DNA of 31,313 nucleotides from a virus. Its lineage: Duplodnaviria > Caudoviricetes. This document shows positions 23,893 to 31,313 of this stretch, in pieces (position 1 is the first letter of the stretch; each line of letters opens with the position of its first letter). The notes below the pieces were generated by a model that searched no databases, was not told where the DNA came from, and saw only the letters and a program-made list of their open reading frames with translations. The DNA lies in the IMG/VR virus record IMGVR_UViG_3300021356_000099, positions 1-31,313 of that record. The stretch is one strand, 5' to 3'. The position numbers and the translations under genes were made by a program.

Positions 23893-24858
23893 ATGAAGAC
23901 CTTTAAGCAACATATCAAGACGAAGAAAAAATTGCCCAGCGTGATAATGGGTCTTCCTAGACAGCTATCTTATTATGATGATAGTCTACTCAAGGAAGAA
24001 AATGACATACACAGCATGGATTATAAGGCTGATCTAGCGCGTGAATTAGATGAGAAAAGTAAACCGAATCTGAATGACGATGAAATTGAACATGTTCGTA
24101 AATACTCTGACGAGTCTTCAGCTAATATCAATAAGCAATTGCGGGGTGAAGGTCCCAAAGAAGAGGAACATACACGTTCGATCCATCATATCTCTAGGGC
24201 AATTCAAAGACATCGAGTGCATCGAGATGTTGACGTCTACACTGGTTTACAAAGCAGTCCTGAACGACACAGAGATGAATCTGGTCAATTGACAATTAAA
24301 AACAAGGGATTCACGTCAACTTCAATAGAGCGTAGTGTTGCCATGGACAGGGCCGGGCGTGCATCGAGGAAGTCCCCAGTCACCAAGTTGAAAGAGCATA
24401 TTGAAAATGGAGATCATGAAAAGGCAAAAGAAGTTCTTAAGCATAACCATATCTATTTTCACCAATCTCTCGGAGGCCGCCATGCGCATGAGCACGGTGA
24501 GCAATTCGATCTGAAAAACGAATCACACGTTAATAGTCTGAAATTGAGGTCTCCCTCACACTCAGGAGGTACCTGGGAAGAAGCCCATCATGTAGTACGA
24601 GCCAAGATTCCCAAAGGATCACATGGACTTTGGATGAGGGAACACTCAAATCATCCAGAAGAGAAAGAATTCTTATTGCATCGTAACGCACAAATACATG
24701 TACATAAATCAAAACCCGTGCAAGGACCAGTAGACCCTCGGATAGGCTCTAAGCCTACCGTTGTAATTGAGCATCATGCCACTCTAACTCATGATGGCGT
24801 CAAACCTACTGGCCCACGGCGCAAAGGATTCTTGTCTCGTTTGCTATCCAGAAAGTAA
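23893..24858 (+). CDS. ADP-ribosyltransferase (VIP2/Alt-like, STS...ExE class) with capsid-targeting-like N-terminus
   Basis: YS.....INKQLRG, VYTGL, GFTSTSI, IPKGSHGL, HPEEKEFLL; N-terminus MKTFKQHI. Confidence 0.8.
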   Translation: MKTFKQHIKTKKKLPSVIMGLPRQLSYYDDSLLKEENDIHSMDYKADLARELDEKSKPNLNDDEIEHVRKYSDESSANINKQLRGEGPKEEEHTRSIHHISRAIQRHRVHRDVDVYTGLQSSPERHRDESGQLTIKNKGFTSTSIERSVAMDRAGRASRKSPVTKLKEHIENGDHEKAKEVLKHNHIYFHQSLGGRHAHEHGEQFDLKNESHVNSLKLRSPSHSGGTWEEAHHVVRAKIPKGSHGLWMREHSNHPEEKEFLLHRNAQIHVHKSKPVQGPVDPRIGSKPTVVIEHHATLTHDGVKPTGPRRKGFLSRLLSRK

Positions 24859-24863
24859 GCAGC

Positions 24864-24929
24864 ATGAAGACCTTTAAGCGATACCTATATGAGATGCAGA
24901 CAGCAAAGGTTGTGTACATAACGCACTGA
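24864..24929 (+). CDS. 21-aa micro-ORF or gene remnant starting with a capsid-targeting-like sequence
   Basis: MKTFKRYLYEMQTAKVVYITH*; first 16 nt are identical to the ART gene start; weak RBS. Confidence 0.5.
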   Translation: MKTFKRYLYEMQTAKVVYITH

Positions 24930-24947
24930 GACAAAAGAAGAAATGAT

Positions 24948-25343
24948 ATGGCAGATGATAAATTAGCAGAAGAGCTAGGCATTGTGCCTATGCCACAAAC
25001 AATCAATGTTCCTGCCAAAAGGCATGATGTTGATAGTGATGAACAATTCAGTGAAGTTCAAGCTAATATTCGCAGCGCAGCTGATGTTGGTGAAATGGCG
25101 CTTCAGGAGCTCGCACAGATTGCGTCGGCGTCTCAACATCCACGTGCTTTTGAAGTCGTATCAACAATGATTGGGCAGATTGTTAATGCAAACAAGCAGT
25201 TACTTGAAATAGAGAAACTGAAGCTTGAGATTGAAAAAGAGAAGAATGGCGGACAAGTTGAAGATCCCAAGGTTGTAAATAATAACCTATTTGTGGGTTC
25301 AACTGCCGAACTTCTTGAGCAACTAAAAGGAAAGAAAGAATGA
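24948..25343 (+). CDS. gp16: Terminase small subunit
   Basis: ASASQHPRAFEVV..MI, NNNLFVGSTAELL; upstream of gp17. Confidence 0.9.
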   Translation: MADDKLAEELGIVPMPQTINVPAKRHDVDSDEQFSEVQANIRSAADVGEMALQELAQIASASQHPRAFEVVSTMIGQIVNANKQLLEIEKLKLEIEKEKNGGQVEDPKVVNNNLFVGSTAELLEQLKGKKE

Positions 25344-25447
25344 AAAAGTACAAAGATATTCTTGAAACCAAAAAGGCAATGGGTAAAATCAAGCCAAAGG
25401 TTACAAAAAAGCCAGTTCGTAAGACAAAGGCAAAAAGCAAGTGGTAA
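25340..25447 (+). CDS. 35-aa highly basic micro-protein (not in ORF track)
   Basis: MKKYKDILETKKAMGKIKPKVTKKPVRKTKAKSKW*; ATGA overlap with the gp16 stop; ends 6 nt before gp17. Confidence 0.65.
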   Translation: MKKYKDILETKKAMGKIKPKVTKKPVRKTKAKSKW

Positions 25448-25453
25448 TTTGCC

Positions 25454-27151
25454 ATGACATTTGATAACCAACTCGGCGAAGAAAAGAAAGGTTATCTGGG
25501 TAATGCCCAGCTGAAACGTACAGGTGAACAGATTCCCTGGACGAAAGAACTGCTGGAAGAATACATGAAATGCTCTGAAGATCCTATCTACTTTGGTGAA
25601 CGATACATGAAAATCGTTGTCAAGGGTAAGGGTCTTCAGGCCATTGATATGTATGACTATCAGAGAGAAATCGCAACTGCTGTAATGGAAACGAACTCTG
25701 TTGTTGCTGAGTGTGCTCGACAGTCAGGCAAATCAACCATCATGACTGTTGTTATTCTATGGTACATTCTATTTCATGAACATGTTTCTGTTGCTATTCT
25801 GGCCAACAAAGCTGACACCGCTCGTGAGATTCTATCACGCATCAAGCTTGCGTATGAGCATCTGCCTGACTGGATTCAGCATGGTGTAAAGGAATGGAAC
25901 AAAGGTAATATTGAACTTGAAAATGGTTCAAAGATTCTGGCTGCAGCAACATCATCCAACAACATTCGTGGTTTCTCTATTGATATGCTATTCATCGATG
26001 AGGCAGCATTCATTGATGGCTGGGATGACTTCTTCACATCGGTTTATCCGACGATCTCATCAAGTGATACAACAAAGCTTATATTGGTCAGTACCGTTAA
26101 TGGTCTGAACCACTTTCATCGTATCACTTCATTAGCTCGTCAAGATGTCGATCCTAAAACTAAATGTGGTGTGAATGGTTTTCGTCTTATATCTGTTCCA
26201 TGGAATGCAGTTCCTGGACGTGACGAAGAATGGAAACAAAAGACGCTTGCTGGTATGCAGTTTGATACCGAGCGGTTTGCACAAGAATTTGAAAATGAAT
26301 ATCTTGGTTCTTCGGGAACGTTGATATCTGGTCCAGCTCTCAAAATGCTCACTGAAGGTGTTCAGGTACCAGGCCTTGATCATGAAAGTGCAAAAATCTA
26401 TCAAGAATATATTCCACAGCATGAGTATGTCATGACAGTTGATGTATCTCGGGGTCGTGGACTTGACTACTCGGCATTTCAACTTATCGATGTTACTGAA
26501 ATGCCATTCAAGCAAGTTGCTGTATATCGTGATAACAACCAGACGCCAATTGACTTTGCACAAGTTGTATTTCGCTTTGCAACACATTATGGCAATGCTG
26601 CTGTATTGGTTGAAGTCAATGATATTGGTGGTCAAGTTTCTGATATTCTATGGGGTGACTTTCAATATGATAATCTGTTATGTACCGACAATGCCGGTTC
26701 ACGTGGACAGGTTGTTACTACAAATGTGAAGTCATCAACCTATAGAGGTATTCGTACCTCAAAAACTACTAAGTCAAAGGGATGTGCTTTATTGAAGTTG
26801 TTGATTGAGCAACACCAGCTTATTATTCAAGACCATGAAACAATTCATGAACTTTCGACCTTCTCGAAAAAGGGTCGATCATATGAAGCAGAGCCCGGTC
26901 ATAATGATGATCTTGTGATGTGTTTGGTTATGTTTGCATGGCTCTCACATGATCAGTACTTCAAACTATTGACTGATCATAATACTGCAGCTGAGTTAAG
27001 ACAAAGAAGAGAAGAGCAGATCGAAGAAGCTCTGATACCATTTGGCTTTTCAACTGATTCGAGCCCTGCTAGTAATATAGCAGATGATCTTGAGTTATCA
27101 AAGCATACTGATGAAAATTGGTTTGCAGATGATTCATGGATGTTTCGATAG
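25454..27151 (+). CDS. gp17: Terminase large subunit
   Basis: YLGN..LK, Walker A ARQSGKST, Walker B LFIDEAAF, RNase H motifs VDVSRGRGLDYSAF and HNDDLVM. Confidence 0.97.
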   Translation: MTFDNQLGEEKKGYLGNAQLKRTGEQIPWTKELLEEYMKCSEDPIYFGERYMKIVVKGKGLQAIDMYDYQREIATAVMETNSVVAECARQSGKSTIMTVVILWYILFHEHVSVAILANKADTAREILSRIKLAYEHLPDWIQHGVKEWNKGNIELENGSKILAAATSSNNIRGFSIDMLFIDEAAFIDGWDDFFTSVYPTISSSDTTKLILVSTVNGLNHFHRITSLARQDVDPKTKCGVNGFRLISVPWNAVPGRDEEWKQKTLAGMQFDTERFAQEFENEYLGSSGTLISGPALKMLTEGVQVPGLDHESAKIYQEYIPQHEYVMTVDVSRGRGLDYSAFQLIDVTEMPFKQVAVYRDNNQTPIDFAQVVFRFATHYGNAAVLVEVNDIGGQVSDILWGDFQYDNLLCTDNAGSRGQVVTTNVKSSTYRGIRTSKTTKSKGCALLKLLIEQHQLIIQDHETIHELSTFSKKGRSYEAEPGHNDDLVMCLVMFAWLSHDQYFKLLTDHNTAAELRQRREEQIEEALIPFGFSTDSSPASNIADDLELSKHTDENWFADDSWMFR

Positions 27152-27153
27152 CT

Positions 27154-27161
27154 TATAAATA
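27154..27161 (+). promoter_or_regulatory. T4-type late promoter for gp18 (variant CATAAATA also at 27171-27178)
   Basis: Exact TATAAATA just after the gp17 stop. Confidence 0.85.
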
Positions 27162-27231
27162 TCTCAATTTCATAAATATCGAGTAAGCTAAAACTAGCAT
27201 TAATAACCACCAACCCATGAGGGAGAAAAAT

Positions 27232-29697
27232 ATGGCTACTTCGCTTATTTCACCTGGTGTTGAGGTTAGGGAAATCGATCTTACAACGATTGTTCCTAAC
27301 GTGTCAACTACAGAAGGCGTAATCGCTGGCGTTTTTCGTTGGGGACCTGTTGATGAGCGTGTGCTTGTCGATAGTGAAACCAATCTTGTAAATCGCTTTG
27401 GACAACCAACTAATTTAAACCCAGAAACATTCTTCACTGCAGCAAGCTTCCTTGCATATGGCAACAAGCTTTATGTGACGCGTGTTGCTAACACATCCGG
27501 TTCTTCGCCATCATTCTCTGTTACGACAGATGGTACAACAACTGTTACTGTTGCTGACACGACTGGCCTGGTTTCTGGCATGGAAGTTATCACAACTGGT
27601 GCAACTACACTGGCAACCGGTGCAACTGTTTCTTCTGTTATCAACACAACAGCTTTCACTATAACTGATGTAAACGACGTTGTTGGTTCTGCTACTGGTT
27701 CAGTACAGTTCCTTTCAAACACTGTTTTCTCTTCTGTTGCAAACTCCGGTCCTGTTGCTAACGTAGAATATTCAACTATTCTAAATGAAACAGACTGGGA
27801 TAACAAAGACGAAACGATTGATACAGACGTTAAGTTCATTGCAAAGTGGCCTGGTCGTCTGGGTAACACCCTGCGTGTTTCTATTTGTGCAAACACAACT
27901 GGTTTCTCTTCGAATGTTGATCTGTCAACATTCGGTTCATATGCAGAACTTGCTGTTGTCTCTGGTTCAAATACTGCAACACTTTCTATTACTGCTGATG
28001 CTATTGCTGATGCTTCTGCTAATCAGACAGCAATTCAAACACTGCTTAATGTTACTGATCTTCTGACGGTTGGTAACACAGTGATCGGTGAGCAAAAGTT
28101 GAAAATCACTGAAATTACAAATGCTGCAAACACTGGTACAGCAAACGTTGCTGTTACTGTTGATACAGTTGCTGGTAACACGACAGTGACAACAACAGAC
28201 ACAACTGGACTGTTGGCAGACATGATCATCACATCTGGTGATGCTACACTGATCGGCAAAAAGGTTGCTTCTGTCACGAACTCAACTTCATTTGAAATCG
28301 ATTCTGTTTCAACTTATACGCTTGCTTCTGAAGACATCCAGGTTTCACCTGTTGCTTCTGTTAGCATCAACTTTGAAGACAAGTTCACACTCTCAACTGA
28401 TTATAAGTTCCAGTCATCAGTGACTGCTACTAGGTTTATTCCTCGTGAGTGGGAATTTGCAAACCTCGTTGATGTTGCACCTGGTCAGTCTGATTTCCAG
28501 CGTGAGCAAGGCAACACTGCTGCAAACGACGAAATGCACCTTGTTGTTACTGACAATCTTGGTCGTATCACAGGCGTTCCTGGTACTATTCTTGAGCGTT
28601 ATGACGCTTTGTCTGTTGCATCAAACGCTAAAACTGTTGATGGTGGCACAAACTACTATCGCACAGTTATCAACGAAAATTCTCAGTTTGTTTGGGCTGC
28701 GAACGATCCAGTTGGTATTACTTCTAACACTGCCACAAACATTGCAACACCGACGCTTGACACGCTTGTAATGAGCTTCATTCTTGGTCGTGACGGTGCA
28801 AACGAAGAAAACATCGAAGTTTCTTCCTTGACCGGTGGTTATGAACTGTACAAGTCAAAAGAAGATGTCGACATCTCTTTGGTACTTCAGGGTAAAGCAC
28901 GTGGTACTACGCTGGCTAACTATCTGATTCAACAGATCTGTGAACCTCGTATGGATTGCATTGCTTTGATTTCTCCACAAAAAGGCGATGTTGTTAACAA
29001 CCTAAACAACGAATCTGCTGCTTGTGTTACTTTCCGTAACTCTTTGCCATCATCTTCATATGGTGTCATGGATTCTGGTTACAAGTACATGTATGACCGT
29101 TACAATGACATCAATCGCTGGGTTCCATTGAATGGTGATATTGCTGGCCTGATGGTTCGCACAGACCGTACAAATGATCCTTGGTTCTCACCTGCTGGTT
29201 ATAACCGTGGTATTATCAAAAATGTCATCCGACTTGCTTGGAATCCACGCCAGACATTCCGTGATGAACTTTACAAGAATGGTATTAACCCAATCGTTAC
29301 GTTCCCTGGTCAGGGCACACTGATGTTTGGTGATAAGACGCTTCTTGCTAAGCCATCTGCGTTTGACCGTATTAACGTTCGTCGCTTGTTCATTGTCCTA
29401 GAAAAGGCAATCTCAGAAGCTTCTAAGTATAGCCTCTTTGAATTCAATGATGAGTTTACTCGTCTGCAGTTCAAGAATCTGGTTGTTCCTTATCTTCGTG
29501 ATGTCAAGGGTCGTCGTGGTATCACTGACTTCTTGGTTGTTGCCGATGGAACAAACAATACGCCAGAAGTTATCGATCGTAACGAGTTTATTGGTGACAT
29601 TTACATTAAGCCAGCACGTTCGATCAACTTCATTCAGCTTAATTTCGTTGCTGTCCGCACAGGTGTGGCCTTCAGTGAAATCGTTGGCAAGTTTTAA
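27232..29697 (+). CDS. gp18: Contractile tail sheath protein
   Basis: ISPGVEVREIDLT, FRWGP, PWFSPAGYNRG, FDRINVRRLF, IYIKPARSINFI.LNFVA. ATG 27232 follows a GAGGGAG RBS. Confidence 0.97.
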   Translation: MATSLISPGVEVREIDLTTIVPNVSTTEGVIAGVFRWGPVDERVLVDSETNLVNRFGQPTNLNPETFFTAASFLAYGNKLYVTRVANTSGSSPSFSVTTDGTTTVTVADTTGLVSGMEVITTGATTLATGATVSSVINTTAFTITDVNDVVGSATGSVQFLSNTVFSSVANSGPVANVEYSTILNETDWDNKDETIDTDVKFIAKWPGRLGNTLRVSICANTTGFSSNVDLSTFGSYAELAVVSGSNTATLSITADAIADASANQTAIQTLLNVTDLLTVGNTVIGEQKLKITEITNAANTGTANVAVTVDTVAGNTTVTTTDTTGLLADMIITSGDATLIGKKVASVTNSTSFEIDSVSTYTLASEDIQVSPVASVSINFEDKFTLSTDYKFQSSVTATRFIPREWEFANLVDVAPGQSDFQREQGNTAANDEMHLVVTDNLGRITGVPGTILERYDALSVASNAKTVDGGTNYYRTVINENSQFVWAANDPVGITSNTATNIATPTLDTLVMSFILGRDGANEENIEVSSLTGGYELYKSKEDVDISLVLQGKARGTTLANYLIQQICEPRMDCIALISPQKGDVVNNLNNESAACVTFRNSLPSSSYGVMDSGYKYMYDRYNDINRWVPLNGDIAGLMVRTDRTNDPWFSPAGYNRGIIKNVIRLAWNPRQTFRDELYKNGINPIVTFPGQGTLMFGDKTLLAKPSAFDRINVRRLFIVLEKAISEASKYSLFEFNDEFTRLQFKNLVVPYLRDVKGRRGITDFLVVADGTNNTPEVIDRNEFIGDIYIKPARSINFIQLNFVAVRTGVAFSEIVGKF

Positions 29698-29705
29698 TGG
29701 GATAC

Positions 29706-29725
29706 GGTGGGACTTCGGTCCCACC
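29706..29725 (+). other. cUUCGg hairpin between gp18 and gp19
   Basis: GGTGGGAC-TTCG-GTCCCACC, with no proper U tract. Confidence 0.8.
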
Positions 29726-29731
29726 ACCTTA

Positions 29732-29739
29732 TATAAATA
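29732..29739 (+). promoter_or_regulatory. T4-type late promoter for gp19
   Basis: Exact TATAAATA. Confidence 0.85.
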
Positions 29740-29763
29740 GTTTAAAAATAGGAGACATCCCAA

Positions 29764-30363
29764 ATGGCTTTTAATATCGAAAATTTCCGTGCACGTACGC
29801 TCCCTGAGGGCGGTGCACGTCCTGCTCTATTTGAGGTAATCATTCCAGGTTGGCCTGGTTCTTCGCCACAAGCTGAGCAAGACTTTCGTTTTCATTGTCG
29901 AACAACTTCTTTGCCCGCATCCTCAATCTCATCGATCGAAGTTCCATACTTTGGCCGTGAAATGAAGGTTGCTGGTGACCGTACTTATATGGACTGGAAC
30001 GTCAGTATTTTGCATGACGAAACATACAACGTTCGTAACTCCATGGAAGCATGGCACACTGGTCTTAACCAGCATATCGAAAACCTTCCATCACAAGGTG
30101 TTACATCTTCGCCAAGTTCTTATAAGAAGGACGCGATTGTAATTCACTATGGTCGTGAAGGTCTTGAAATTGCTCGTTACACCATGGTTGGTATCTTTCC
30201 TCTGAGCATCTCACAGATGGGTCTTGATTGGGAATCAAAAAGCCAAGTCATGCAGTTCGATGTTGACTTCTCTATTGATTACTGGTTGCCATTTGATGAA
30301 AATGGTGCTGGTGATTCTAATGTTGCTGTTGTTAACGAAGGTGGACGAAACTCGTCACTTTAA
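29764..30363 (+). CDS. gp19: Tail tube protein
   Basis: GGARPALFEV, LPAS....IEVPYFGR..KVAGDRT..DW, FDVDF..DYW. Confidence 0.95.
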   Translation: MAFNIENFRARTLPEGGARPALFEVIIPGWPGSSPQAEQDFRFHCRTTSLPASSISSIEVPYFGREMKVAGDRTYMDWNVSILHDETYNVRNSMEAWHTGLNQHIENLPSQGVTSSPSSYKKDAIVIHYGREGLEIARYTMVGIFPLSISQMGLDWESKSQVMQFDVDFSIDYWLPFDENGAGDSNVAVVNEGGRNSSL

Positions 30364-30370
30364 TGTTGTC

Positions 30371-30390
30371 AGGGGACTTCGGTCCCCTTT
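30371..30390 (+). terminator. cUUCGg hairpin with a short T run (probable terminator); late-promoter variant TATAAATC at 30398-30405
   Basis: AGGGGAC-TTCG-GTCCCCT then TT. Confidence 0.7.
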
Positions 30391-30436
30391 CACCATATAT
30401 AAATCTAGTGAGACGCGAACAATAAAGGATACTAAC

Positions 30437-31313
30437 GTGAAATTATTTGGTTTTGAAATCACTAGAGTCAAAGATGAAGAACAAGCCGAGCTTCCGAGCT
30501 TTGCCGCCCCTGTCAGGGAAGACGGCGCAGTAAACGTTGAGGCAGGTGGCATTTATGGTCAATATGTCGACCTTGATGGTACGATTCGTACCGAAGCAGA
30601 ATTAGTTACTAAGTATCGTCAGATGATGCATCAGCCAGAAATCGAAAAGGCTGTGAACGAAATCGTTAATGAAGCAATCGTTGATGACGATGATATTGAT
30701 AATATTGTTGCCATGACTATGGAAGATTTAGAGCTTCCACAACGAGTTAAAAACGTCGTTCAAGAAGAATTTGAAAACGTTCTAAATCTTCTGGACTTTG
30801 AACATGACGCACATGAAATTTTCAAGCGATGGTATGTCGATGGTCGTTCATATTATCACGTTATCATCGATCCAAAGAAGCCAGACGAAGGCATCAAGGA
30901 ACTGCGTTATGTCGATCCACGCAAAATTCGTAAAGTGCGTGAGAATCGAAAGAAAAAAGATTCTGAAACTGAAGTCGTTATGACTCAGATTGCCGCTGAA
31001 TATTACATGTTTTCTGAGAAAGGATTTAGCACAGGAACACGGTCAGCCGATAATCTAGGTGGTGCTTCTGGTATCAAGATTGCAAAGGACTCTATCATTC
31101 ACTGCCCATCTGGTTTGATGGATGAGAACAACACAACCGTTGTAAGTCATTTGCATAATGGTATTAAGCCACTTAATCAGCTTCGTGCACTTGAGGATGC
31201 CACACTAGTTTATCACCTATCACGTGCTCCTGAGCGTCGTGTGTTCTATGTCGATGTTGGCCAATTGCCTCCGGCTAAAGCAGAACAGCACGTTCAGGCA
31301 TTGATGACACGTC
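30437..31313 (+). CDS. gp20: Portal vertex protein (3' truncated by the window edge; absent from ORF track)
   Basis: GTG start after AAGGA: MKLFGFEI...ELVTKYRQM..QPEIEKAVNEIVNEAIV...KRWYVDGR...ELRYVDPRKI...NQLRALEDA.LVYHLSRAPERRVFYVDVG.LP..KAEQ. Confidence 0.95.
   Translation, partial: MKLFGFEITRVKDEEQAELPSFAAPVREDGAVNVEAGGIYGQYVDLDGTIRTEAELVTKYRQMMHQPEIEKAVNEIVNEAIVDDDDIDNIVAMTMEDLELPQRVKNVVQEEFENVLNLLDFEHDAHEIFKRWYVDGRSYYHVIIDPKKPDEGIKELRYVDPRKIRKVRENRKKKDSETEVVMTQIAAEYYMFSEKGFSTGTRSADNLGGASGIKIAKDSIIHCPSGLMDENNTTVVSHLHNGIKPLNQLRALEDATLVYHLSRAPERRVFYVDVGQLPPAKAEQHVQALMTR

Noticed and set aside
400-30983. Numerous 60-170 aa antisense or off-frame ORFs inside long genes (e.g. 8312..8824, 11156..11638, 26132..26635, 27471..27896)
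   Set aside because: Shadow ORFs of strongly biased coding sequence, with no recognisable motifs or RBS.
25454-31313. Introns, inteins or homing endonucleases in gp17, gp18 or gp20
   Set aside because: Reading frames are continuous, with no LAGLIDADG, HNH, GIY-YIG or splice-junction motifs seen.
1-31313. tRNA or other structured RNA genes
   Set aside because: Intergenic gaps are short and explained by promoters, hairpins or micro-ORFs; no cloverleaf was recognised by eye. A tRNAscan-SE/Infernal run would be needed to be sure.

Overview
Late structural region of a large T4-like myovirus, with the gene order seen in distant T4 relatives such as cyanomyoviruses and alphaproteobacterial myoviruses; the host cannot be determined. 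In order: a tail-fibre C-terminus, gp8-like baseplate wedge, a VrlC/DUF4815-like baseplate protein apparently split into three genes, small tail/fibre proteins, an ~7 kb bidirectional cassette of tailoring enzymes, a holin-like membrane cluster, then gp13, gp14, gp15, an ADP-ribosyltransferase, gp16, gp17, gp18, gp19 and the 5' part of gp20. The cassette encodes 2 GT-A glycosyltransferases, 2 Fe(II)/2OG-type oxygenases, 2 SAM methyltransferases, a GNAT and 2 asparagine-synthetase-like ATP pyrophosphatases. T4 late promoters (TATAAATA) and UNCG hairpins are present. Most notable: (1) a candidate virion-surface modification pathway next to a repeat-bearing fibre protein and a G-X-P collagen stretch; (2) three unannotated micro-ORFs plus the ART, all starting with T4 capsid-targeting-like sequences, with a 16-bp direct repeat bracketing the ART; (3) back-to-back consensus sigma70 promoters, one firing antisense into a late gene; (4) two divergent genes sharing one CATG. 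All assignments come from motif recognition by eye; no searches were run.
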